DNA of 64,000 nt, taken from Chrysomallon squamiferum (taxonomy: Eukaryota; Animalia; Mollusca). The notes beneath the pieces are model-generated. The model had not been told where the DNA came from and did no database searches. It saw only the letters and a program-made list of their open reading frames with translations. How positions within the stretch are numbered: position 1 is the first letter of the stretch; every line of letters begins with the position of its first letter. Below, piece by piece: positions 52,091-64,000 of the stretch. The stretch covers positions 21,204,001 to 21,268,000 of the forward strand of contig CM022679.1 in NCBI GenBank assembly GCA_012295275.1. Reading direction: 5' to 3'. The translations under genes and the position numbers were made by a program.

Positions 52091-52680
52091 AGGAGTGAAA
52101 TAAGCTGTTTGAAAATGAATTTTTATGATAAAGGAGTGAAATAAGCTGTTTCAGAATTAATTTTATTCTGACAAAGGAGTGAAATAAGCTGTTTCAGAAT
52201 TAATTTTATTCTGACAAAGGAATGAAATAAGCTTTTCAGAAAGAATTTGTCATTGCCAGGAATGAAATAAGATGTTTCAAAATTAAATTGACAATTGTCA
52301 GATTTGAAATAACATGTTTCAAGTGTAACTTGATTATTTCACAGAATGAAACAAACTCTCTTATGAAAAATGTGAATTGTCAGGAATAAAACAAACTGTT
52401 AGAATAATGAACAAATGTTGCCTATAAGGATCTGAATAGTTTTATTGATAACCTGATATTGACAGGAAAAAAAAAACAAAAACAATGTTTTAATGGTAAC
52501 TCCAGGTTGCTACAAAGAAACAAAACTGTTTTAATGACATTGCCAGATATGAAAGAATCTGGGTTTTTTTTACAATAACTTGACTCTGATAGGAATGAAA
52601 CTAAACATTTTACTGGAACAGACACAGTTTAGTGACTGAAGATTTGTGATAGAAAGAAATTGTTTTCAAAAGTGTGAAGC
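52091..52680 (+). repeat. Tandem repeat of 40-43 bp in the 3' UTR, decaying toward the 3' side
   Basis: aggagtgaaataagctgtttcagaatt... starts at 52091, 52132, 52175, 52218 and 52258, then degenerates. Confidence 0.8.
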
Positions 52681-54716
52681 AGAACAGATTTATCATTAGA
52701 AGTAATGTTATTTGGATTGATGATACGTGAATCCAGGTGAAGGACATGAAGCTTTGATTGGTCACATATTTTTTAAGTTTATTATCATTATTATTATAAA
52801 ACAAGGTTTTTTTAAAACAATTTTAAAATATGTGACTTGCCTATGTGTTAGAGATTTTTATTTGGTTTAAACACATTTGACGGTTTTGTAATTCTGAAAT
52901 GTCAAAAGCCTCCTGAAAGTATGTTGTCATCAAAATGATGAAAGAACTTTGAAAAATGCTTCGACTTTTGAGGCATAACGGTGCTATGTATAGTAAACAA
53001 ACAACTGAAGTAGACACTTGACAGAGTGTTGATACTGGCTTCTGAAGAAATTTAATTTAATTTTTAATTTTATTTCATTATTATTCCATTTAAAAAAAAA
53101 AAAAAATAAGCAAAACAAACAACTAAACAACAATCCTGCAGCCAAAATTAATGGTTTTTTTTTTTTTATCTAGTAGTTCACTGTGTGTTTCAGATTTCTT
53201 CTTCTTCTTTTTTTTTAATTATCATTTTAATTCACTAATATCCTACACGAAATGATGTGTACTGCAGAATAAGGAATCTCAATACATTTTCTGTGTGTTA
53301 TATTTATCTGAGATGATCTTCTATAAATGTCACTTATCATTAAATGTTACCAAGCAATAGCAGAATTTGACTGTGATTTGAGTCAAGTTGGTAGATAGGT
53401 GTGTTGATAGTTACATACTCACATCATTTTTAATACACAGTAAATAAACAATACACCTTTCTTCATAACACTTTTATATATATATATATGTGGAAAAAAA
53501 ATTCTAGTTACAGTATGCACTGCTGGTTTTTATAAAAAAAATATAATGATTTTTTTTTTTTTTTTAATAAGTGGTTTAAGTAACGCTATATATAAATAAA
53601 GGACATTTAATAAATAAATAATTTAGTAACTTTTTTATTATTACTTTTTCAATTTTATAGTAATAACTGTTTCATAATATTATTATTTCAATATAAAAAT
53701 AAATATTCAATGAAGCCTAGATCTTTTAAAAGAGCAAAACATTTATCCATATTCAGTTATGTTGCAAAATTTATTAATTGATTTTATTAAGTTCTTACTT
53801 ATTTTTATTTTTTATCTTCTGTCATCTTTTTTAAGATTTATAGTTCAGAATCAGTTTGAACTGGAGCCTGAGAGCTAAGAAAAAGTAAAGCCTGTCTCAC
53901 ACATGAATTGTTTAAGTAGTATAATTATTTTTCACATCTTTACAGATTTTAATACGTTCTATAGTAATTTAGAAAAACTTTTTAATTTAAATAAAAGTTT
54001 AAAAAAATATATATATATCTATATTAAAAATAAAGATGTACTTAAAGCGCATTAATTAATTTTTTTTTTTTTTTTCAATTTTAATTTTTTTTTTTTTAAT
54101 GTCTATTTTGAATGAACTTTATAATATTTACTGATGGAATATAACATGGGAGGCATATTATTGTATTTCACCTGGAAATTTAAAAATAAAATAAAAAATT
54201 TACTATGACTAGACTGATTATAATTTTGTGATGAAGGTTAGTCCTTAAAAAAGAATAGCAATAATTAAATAAAATTAATTTTACGAAAACCAAACTGAGT
54301 TTGTGTAAAAAATATTTTAATTGTGGTTTTTTTAAATCTCATTCCATTTTTATTTGTACCATCACCCTCTCATTTAAACTGTATTTAAATAATTTTCTCA
54401 ATTTTAACACTTTGTCATTCAGATCTCACTTTTATTACATCTTACTCTGATTTAACCTTTCTCTTTTTAATCAAATTTAAATTAAATCAAAAAAAGGAAA
54501 TGATTTTTTAATTTCTTCTCACCAATTGTAAATGACGAGTGTTTTAATTTAATCTTGTTTTATTGTTTACGTAAATACCATGTTAACTAACCTAATTCTC
54601 TCTCTCTCATTTGTATGTGTTCATTACCTTTCATTATCTACAAGAATGGCATAGTAGTTTTCCTTAGTTCTCATTAAATTGTCTATTTTGTATTAAATGT
54701 GTTGGCTTTGTTTGTG

Positions 54717-54722
54717 AATAAA
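54717..54722 (+). terminator. Probable polyadenylation signal of the PDZ-GEF gene
   Basis: AATAAA, then a CA about 15 nt downstream and a GU-rich element (ctggtgttgttttt). Other AATAAA hexamers also occur in this AT-rich UTR. Confidence 0.5.
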
Positions 54723-55454
54723 TCATTGAATATATACATAATCTGGTGTTGTTTTAATTTATACAGTTGTGATAAAGTTAAATTTGTAAATCTCTGTGCT
54801 GTTCAGTCAAGTATTATAACTGGTTTTTTATTTTTATTTTTTTAAATCAACAAAAAAAAACTGAGTCTTCCTCTTTTTGGTTTGTTTATTTATCTTATTT
54901 TAATTTATTTTAATATAATTTAAAATTTATTATTATTTTTATTATTATTGTACTTTATTATATTTTGCTTTATTTTATTTTATTTTGTTTATTATATTTT
55001 ATTATATTTTTGTTATTTTTTTATTATTATTTTTTTTATATATTCTTTATTTTCTTTATTATTTTATTTTATTTTATAAATGATACAAATTGTTTTAAGA
55101 ACTTTTTTGATTATATGATGAATTTTTTACAATTCTGTTTCGTTCAGAAAGACAAGATAATGAAGTAATTATTATTAATAAATCTGAAATCAGATTATCT
55201 TAATTAAAAATTGTTTATTCATTAGATTTCCAAGTGATAGAAATAAAAAAATAAAACAATGAAAAAACACATGTATTTGTCATTTCTGAGATATATAGAG
55301 CCAATTTTAAAAAAATAAAATAGTAATACAAAAAATAAAAGATACCATTGTACACAAAAAACATATTCACAATTTATTTAAAGTAATTTTAATAAAGCCA
55401 TATTCTTTGTAACTGTTGGTACACTACATTACTTAAATGGGACATATTAACCAA

Positions 55455-55779
55455 TGGCCAGGCCTCTAGGTTTTCAGATATTTTGGGGTCCCCCATAATA
55501 ACAGCTAATAGTGATGCTGTACCTGGTGGTACTTGGCCAGAAGGATCCAGTCCAGGGACAGGACAGGTTTGTGTTGGTTAGGGGCTGGGGTCGGTTATGC
55601 ATGTCCTAGAGGTGTTGGAGAGGGTGGAGTGGATCAATATGGTGTGGGTCCAGGTGGTGTAGAACCCAGAGGTTACCCAGGTGCAGTTCCTGGTGCTGGC
55701 CTGGAGTTGTCATGGCAGGAGGTCCAAAACCAGGTGGTACACCACTGTAATCAGGTCCCTAGGCTTGTGACTAATGCAG
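55455..55779 (-). pseudogene. Decayed Pro/Gly-rich coding fragment
   Basis: GC-rich island. The minus strand reads GPDYSGVPPGFGPPAMTTPG / PAPGTAPG*PLGSTPPGPTPY*STPPSPTPLGHA*PTPAP / PVPGLDPSGQVPPG across two frameshifts. Minus-strand ttcacag acceptor at 55780 and AATAAA at 55373-55378. The strand is not certain. Confidence 0.45.
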
Positions 55780-56518
55780 CTGTGAACAAATAATGTGTTT
55801 TATCACAGTGAAAATGTTGACTTACTTCATAAACTATTTCCAGTTTCATGTGTCACTCTGGTTTTTTCAAAAGCCATGGTAAGTATATTCATGACAATAT
55901 GAAGCTGCTTATAAAATATCCATTACTATCAGTCTGTAACAACACTAATAATAATAATAATAATAATTAAAAGTCAGACATTCAAGATAACTTAAGTAAA
56001 AGAAAGAAAAAATAAATAATTTCATCATTGCAAATAAACATCTAATTACAAGTGTAAATGTAACGAATCCATGATCTCCATATCAGAGCAATTTTGTCAG
56101 TTGAAGCGTTCATCAATATCATTATACCAATAATAATAATATCACCACCACTACAAAAAAAAAACCCAGCAAAACAACAAATAAATTTAAAAAACAAAAC
56201 AAACAATACAAAACAAATAAACAAAAATATTAATTTACGTTCTTTTCACAGTGCTCGTTTTTCACATGAAGCTGCCATTAAAAATATTATAATAAATAAA
56301 TAAAATAAATATTTTCACGATCATCAAAGGTGTTCATTTATTAAGTATTCTTTTCATCTCAGCTCAAATGAAGAAAGATTTTACTTGATACAGGAAGTGA
56401 ACACAAGGCAGGGACAGATTTATTTGCATTTATCAGAACACGAGGCAGAGATATACGATATTACAAGACTTATTACGTAATTTTCTTCATGAGCTGTTTC
56501 TCGTCTTTTTTCTTTATT

Positions 56519-56555
<37 letters not shown>

Positions 56556-57280
56556 AGGCTACATCTTCTTAGATGCGTTTCAAATTACTTCATCAAAGTG
56601 ATTTATTAATACAAATTTCCACTTTGATGAAGATTATTTATCATTTTTTTTCTTTCTTTTTTTTTTTTTTTTTGTTTTTGTTTTTGTTTTGTTTTTTGTT
56701 AAATTTGTAACGAAAAGAGAAATAAATAATACGCCGGCGGCCATCTTAGAACATGGAATACGATTTAAAATTAAATTATGTGCATAAAATGAACTCGTAT
56801 GTTTTGTTTTTGTTGGTATTGTTTACTGGTGTTGTTGTTGTTGTTGTTGTTATTTTGTACAGATATAGAGCTAATTGTTTCGGTTTTTATTCGGTCTATC
56901 TTTTTGTTTTTACATTTTTTATTTTTTTATTTTTTTTTTTTTTAATGCATGTTCGACTGGATGGGATGCAGGTATATTTTGCTTTAATTGATTACTTAAT
57001 TTAATATCATCATCATCATTACTTTGTTGTTAATATTATTTTATTTTCTTCGTCTTATTGTTGTTGTATTTGTTGTCGTTTTTGTTCTTCATATTCTCCT
57101 CCTCATTTTTATTCATATATGGTACGCAGTGTGAGTGTGGTGTACGTATGGTCTACATATTTCTAAATATTTAAGACTATTAACGTTTTCTTCCAATCCC
57201 AAATCACGTTACGAAATCTTCAACATGACACAAACTCGCTGTTACAAATGACAGTAAACAAATCGACTTATTCTTAAACC

Positions 57281-57360
57281 ACTTACCAGTTATTTTGCCA
57301 TTTCAGTTTTTATCGGTAATTCCCTTTGAGACAAAAAGATGGCCGTGAATCCACGTGCGA
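57281..57360 (-). promoter_or_regulatory. Possible first exon / promoter-proximal region
   Basis: YY1-type GCCATCTTT and CACGTG in CpG-rich DNA; strong minus-strand donor CTG|GTAAGT at 57281-57286. Confidence 0.3.
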
Positions 57361-58818
57361 TTATTAAATTCTCGTCTCTTGATCGTAGGGATTTGTCGTA
57401 AAACCAGTAAATCTCTTGAACAAACTGCAGCAATAAATCACGAATGAATAATTAAGAAATTCTGGCACAAATCTTGAATTCTCGTAAACTTTTGTAAATT
57501 TGAAATAGTTAAATCTAAACTGAGAATTAGTAATTTAAAATAGGAATATGCTATTATAACTCGTTTGGCCGCAAAATAATAGAATGGAATAAATTAATAT
57601 TCATGTATCCATCCATGTACGTTCTTTAATTTCTTTTTTTTTTTTTTTTAAATGAATTTCAAATTTAATGTATTTGTTAGATGAATATCAGGTACAGTTT
57701 AACTAAATAAAAATCTATTTGTCTGTATAATATGATTGCATTTCACGTAATAACATAAATATTTGATATATTATAGACACAGTATTTCGTAACTCTGTTT
57801 TCACATTTGGTAAGTACAATACTAAGTTTTTAAGCCCATCTGTAAAGTATCAAATAAAATAAAAAAGATAATAATTTTTTATTTATTGAAAAACATTATG
57901 AAAACGAAAAACGAAAATTTGTAAATCTCAGGAGTGAGCAGTAAAAAACCAATAAAAACATCCACAAACAAACAAAGAAAACAACAACAAAAAACAACGA
58001 AAAGCCAAAATGATAATAAGAAGAAGAACAAAAAAATAATAGTAATAAAGAACAAACAACAGCAACGAAAAAAAAAAAAAGAAGCTATAAACGACAAAAA
58101 AAAAAGAAGCTAAAACGCCCCCCCCAAAACTTTGAAATCTTCTCATAAAACTTACAGTTCAGTACTTTTGAATAGAGGAAAATATTTCTGAAGAGATTCA
58201 GACGTCAAAAATGTGTTTTACCTTGGAGCAGACTAGACGTTTACGTAACTGGAACCAAAAAGCGGAGCAAACAAAATCAAGCCAGTCGATTTGGGAGCCG
58301 TGCATTAGAAATGTTTACTTTTGTATTCTTGCCTCTTGTAGTGCGTCGTCATCGAACTTCGTAACAAATCAAAAGGTCAGTTTTGGCTGCTGAGAGATGT
58401 GAAGTTCGATTCACTGATATTATAGAACAAATGAACATTAAAGAAACATGATGAAGTTTTGATGGAATTATTTTGATACGAGGCCTGCTAAAAAAATATC
58501 TTGTCTCGGTTATATTTGTGTTGGCCCACTTCAAAACCGAAATATTTTATCGTAGACTAAAAATGATTATTTCAGAAAGATGAAGGAAACTTTGAAAATG
58601 AAAGTAAACTACCAAAAGACTGTAAATATTGCAAGAGTTTGGATTAATATTGAAATACGTTCTGTGTAAACAATTTTGAATAAAATCATTTAGGATAAAA
58701 TTTAAATAGAACTATTAGATGATATATTATTTATTAAAAATGTTAATAAGTTTCCTTATTCTTTATTGCTGTTTCTTGGTAGATTTATCGTTCTAACGTT
58801 CACACACAAACACACACA

Positions 58819-58866
<48 letters not shown>

Positions 58867-58939
58867 CTCCTTTATTTACATCATATCGAAGATAATGCAG
58901 ATAATGAAGATGATCATAACGGAAAAAACATATCAGCAA

Positions 58940-58985
<46 letters not shown>

Positions 58986-59317
58986 GTAGTAGTAGTAGTA
59001 GTAGTAACAGTAGTACGAATAGTAGTAATTCTGATTGCGACACAGAAGGAAAGTACTCAGTTTTCTCGGCACAGTTATTGTTCTGTTGATGATTGTAATA
59101 ATATCTTTGTTTACCTTGAATAAAAATCTGCATTGTGGAATTCGCGAAATCAGAACCGATATGGAACAATGTGTTGTGTTTTGCTGTGAGCCTTTGTGTG
59201 TATGTAAAAGCGTGTGTGTACGTGCATTTGTGTATATTAACAATCTCAGATCATTAATCAGTGTATCTTCTAATTTGTTTTGATAAGTATATGTACTGTT
59301 TTACTAAAATAATAAAA

Positions 59318-59370
<53 letters not shown>

Positions 59371-59864
59371 TATTATTATTATAATTTTAAAAATATATTA
59401 AAAAAAATAATAATAATAATAAAAATAAAAGATACAAGAAGGAAAAGAAGAAGAAAAAAAAAGCCATTATTTTCACGTGATTGATTGCGTTAGGCCCATG
59501 ATTTGACTTGTATACACACAAGATTCAAAACGCCATGAATAAAGTGGTGACACAATTTCGAAAGTCATCAAAAACTACATCCACGATTTTGATTGCGTGC
59601 GACGTATCTTCGCCAGCAGCCAATGCTTTATCGATTGCTGACGACGACAGCCACAACAGGTTCGGCTTGGAAGTGAATAACAACACACTGGACTTTTACG
59701 ATCCACACATACAGCATCTGTTTGTCACTTCACTACGTCTACACACACACACACACACACACGGAGTTTCTGTTTGTTATTGAATAAACATTTCGATGAC
59801 ATGCGGACACCCAGAAATGATTTCCAGATAAAAGCAATGCGCTTTTAATGTCGGGTAAGTCTGT

Positions 59865-59903
<39 letters not shown>

Positions 59904-60300
59904 TTCTTGTGCATTCATCCGTTCATCTTTTCTTCTTCTTCTTACTTACTTTTATTATTATTTTTTTTTATTTATAGACAAATTATTCTGGTTTATAGTT
60001 ATGTTAATTTTTGGAAATGATCTGATTTCTGAAATATGTATTATATATATATGTATATATATATATGCAAAGGAGTTTCGTCAGGTTGAATTTTCTTATT
60101 TCCGATATGTTTTAACATTAAATTTAAATTCAAAAGCGATGTAGCTGAGAAACAAAATTCAGAGTATATATACATATAGATTCACACACACGTGCATGCA
60201 TATGTATATATATAGATAGATTTAATATTGAATATATATATGCATGTATTTCTGTCAAAAATTATTTGTTATTTAACATACGCATTGATGATAATAATAA

Positions 60301-60344
<44 letters not shown>

Positions 60345-60917
60345 ACAGTAATAGTAATAGAAATAATAACAATTATAATAAATAACAACAACAATAGGAA
60401 CAATAATGATAATGATAATACCTTGTTATTTTGTTAACAAACACTCCACTGATATTGAACTGTTTTCTTAACAAAACTCAGTTCATATTAAATCCATAAC
60501 TGTTTTCTTAACATCACTCAGATGTGTTATTTTTTATTATTATTTTCTTTACAAAACTCACATGGTGTTAAATCCATTACATTTTCTCTCTCGCTTGACT
60601 TTTATTAATATTCACCAGACCGTGTAAACCGCAAAGCTGGTTCTTCGCTATTTCTGTCTTTCATCATTGTTTGCGTCGTGTCAGAGTTGATTGGCAAAAC
60701 CAATGTATATTCCGTCAAAGAAAACTCTCGTTCTAATACAAATGTGTTATATACACACTGTATGTATAACTATGTGAGTATGTGTATGAGTATATGTATG
60801 TATATGCGTACTTACATTTGTATGAATGAATATATGTACATGTTTTTGTATTTATATAAGTATTTGTATTTGTTTTATGCAGTATAAAGCAATGATCTAT
60901 GCATGTTTGACTGTATG

Positions 60918-60956
<39 letters not shown>

Positions 60957-61508
60957 TACGTATATAATGTATGAATGTATGTATTTATGGACAAATATAT
61001 ACGATAAACGTGTGACTATGTATGTATATGTGCATATTTCTATTTCTTTCTCTGTTTATGTATGCACCTAAGCATACCTGTAAGTATCTATGGGCATATA
61101 TTTGAGTCTGTCTCTGTTTGTCTGTCTGTCTATCTATCTGCATTTGGTTATCGTGACATAACTGACACAGGCAACCGTTCACGTGAAATGCCTTTAAACA
61201 AAGAAGCGACCAGGAACGTTATTCCGGCTAATGCTTATACAAAAAACGGCTGCTCTGTAAAGCGATGTCGTACTGCAAGACGTACTTTATTTCTCTTTGT
61301 CTTTGTAAATGAGATGTTTGCCCCGGCTTGTGAAGGTTTCAAGCACGTATAGCTCTGGGAATTGGAGGCTGCAAACTAGGAGAGCTGATACATTTTTCTA
61401 TTCCTTTGATTTCGTTGTCTTTGCACAGATACTGAATTTGATTTAACGTTCGATTTGCGCAGCGTATAAAAATTGCATGCAGGTTGGACGAGAATTAGGG
61501 GGCGTGTA

Positions 61509-61546
<38 letters not shown>

Positions 61547-61638
61547 GTGTGTGTGTGTGTTTGTATTAACGTGTGTGTGTTTATAGAGAAGGAATAGAAT
61601 AGAATTTTTTTATTAACAGATATACGGTCAGATTGTCA

Positions 61639-61683
<45 letters not shown>

Positions 61684-61684
61684 T

Positions 61685-61687
<3 letters not shown>

Positions 61688-61767
<80 letters not shown>
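61688..61767. repeat. (GA)n microsatellite; many further (CA)n, (TAA)n, (TAG)n and (CATA)n tracts lie between 58800 and 63310
   Basis: Direct inspection. Confidence 0.95.
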
Positions 61768-61771
<4 letters not shown>

Positions 61772-62157
61772 ATATATATATGGCTGGACATACAGACAGA
61801 AAGAGAGATATACAGACAAAAACGTCCCCCAGAGTCTATTCTGTTACCTATATAAACTTGATATTTTCATGAATAATGGATCAGTGTCTCTGCACTGTTT
61901 GATACAAGGAAAGCGCTGGAGAAGGGACATTATTCTGGAGATGTCAGCACATTTGTTCTTCAGACAGAACGTAAATCAAAGGCGAATTGGAGATTGGTCA
62001 GAAACGTTCGTCCAAAAGGGCAGACGTTCTGGAACATTCTTTTAAAATCGTCTTGATTGTGTAAAGGTTGGGAAAACGTTTTAAATTATTTAGTTTAATC
62101 TGTTTCAGTCTTCCACTGGCAATTGATGAAGGAGGGTGGTATTAAAAACAATTAACC

Positions 62158-62189
<32 letters not shown>

Positions 62190-64000
62190 TTAAAAGATTG
62201 TAGCAACCTTAACAACAACAGCAACAGTGACAGGAAATGATGTAGAAATATAATATTGAAAAAGTATTTAAACAGAAAATGATATATAGGTAGATAGATA
62301 AAGAGATAGCTAGAAACAGCTGTTAGATAGATAGTTAGAAAGATGGATGGATGGATGGATGGATGGATAGACAGATGGGTAAATGAATGAGAAGAGAGAG
62401 ACAGAGAGAGCCTAAAAAAAAACCAAGAACCTTCCCCACCCACAAAACAACCCCCAAAGAAAAATACTACAAACAAACAATAACAACAAATAAGTTAAAA
62501 CTCTTACATTTTAATCAACAGTCTGAAGCGATGTTTTTTACGTATTTTTAAAAAACGACTGCATCTTTCACGTTACGTGCAAGTGAACAGTTTGCGAGGC
62601 GAGCGAGGACAACAAAATGCTGGAACACAGGAGTCTGAAAACGGAGATCCCCGTGGGAACAATAACTGTGCCGAGTTACTGATTGAGTGCTTTCCTCCTG
62701 CACCGCAATCAGAATTTCTAACTAACCCAGCCGAAGCCAAATAAAGGATCCTCGCAACTGCCAGTCGCACCTACTTAACAGCGCTGCCGTCTGTTTTTAC
62801 TGCAGCCGTCGCTAATAAACGCTTCTAATCGACTCTCTGTTGAGTGTTTATGATGTCATATATTTCATTATCGGCCGAATAATAGAACAACATCTGCAGA
62901 GAGGCTGCTTGACGTAAAACTTTACAGTTGCGTCTTCTCATCACGGTGAAGTGATTTTGAAGTTCTTGCTGATGATCATGGTTATGTCAGAGATTATTTT
63001 TTTTTATAAATGTCTGTGTAGTTGTTACGTTTGTTGCTGGGGTATAATCTTTCCTAAAAATAAAATATGACGACTGTAAAGCAACACTACGTAGAAACAT
63101 ACCTGCATCCAGACAGAGAGGTGTGTACACTGGTACAAATATCAGTCCATCGATAGATCATCCATGTGTACGTACATATACATACGTACTTAATTAATAC
63201 GTACACGCCAAACATAAATATATACATACACACATACACTCACATACATACATACATACATACATACATACATACATACACTCACATACATACATACATA
63301 CATACATACACAGTTAGACAGACACAGACTACATTATATTAATGATAGGATAAACCTACGTTATATCTGTACAGCAAAGCCTTTTTCTTGTTATAGATTG
63401 AGAACGCCAAGAGCGATGATGTATTTAATATGAAATGTAAATGACAAGAAACGAGTCAATTTCTTGTATGTTGGGATATTGAACACCGTTATTGATTGTT
63501 TGGTTCCTTTTAGCGTCCTTTGTCACGGCTTGGATTAAAGACACAAGCTGAAAACTGTCGCCTCAAATGTCCATTGTGTTCAGCGTCGAGTCTGTTTGCG
63601 AAATACTTTTCAAGAAAGACCACATAGCACGCATCGTTTAAAAAATAGAAATAGGAAATGCTACAACAGACAATTCGTGAATTTTGCATTGTTGTTATTT
63701 ATTTATTTACTTATTTATCTTCATTATTTTAAAAATTCTATCAAATTCCGATATGCATATGTTTATGCTGTGTGTGTGTATTTAGATATGTCTTTATGTG
63801 TATTTATTATTAATTTATTTTTAAAAATAATATTCTCATTTTATCTCTAGGGATTAGAGCTGATTTAGAGTTCACATTGTATGAATAATACAATATGTTT
63901 GGTTCTAAAGTTAATTAGCTTCTGCAGTATCTATTTATGTATGTTTGTATGAATGTATGTAGGTACGCATGTACGTACTGTATAAATAAGAATGTATTAC

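Noticed and set aside
55809-55878. Plus-strand 70-nt exon-like segment (cacag ... atg|gtaagt)
   Set aside because: It lies beyond the probable poly(A) site, has no partner exons, and encodes no recognisable peptide.
1-64000. Autonomous transposon, tRNA or rRNA genes
   Set aside because: I recognised no transposase or reverse transcriptase ORF and no structural RNA signature. Short non-autonomous elements cannot be excluded without a repeat library.

Overview
Very AT-rich, microsatellite-dense animal genomic DNA; a mollusc-like invertebrate is my inference from composition and is not established. The window is dominated by one + strand gene, a PDZ-GEF (RAPGEF2/RAPGEF6 family Rap guanine nucleotide exchange factor). 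I traced 28 GT-AG coding exons by hand from 12001 to the stop at 51358. They total 3952 nt (about 1316 aa) and the phases agree at every junction. Domain order is: tail of the first cNMP-like domain, cNMP domain, REM, PDZ, RA, CDC25 RasGEF, PY motifs, C-terminal EQVSAV. The canonical 5' exons are not in the window. A 3' UTR of about 3.4 kb probably ends near 54740. It is followed by a decayed Pro/Gly-rich fragment and CpG-richer intergenic DNA. The most interesting signal is an apparent hidden splicing-control layer in the introns: GC-rich complementary elements forming competing short- and long-range RNA duplexes beside splice sites and branch points, TGCATG (Rbfox) clusters, candidate micro/cassette exons, and tandem arrays built from copies of splice acceptors. 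All pairings were found by eye and need comparative or experimental confirmation.
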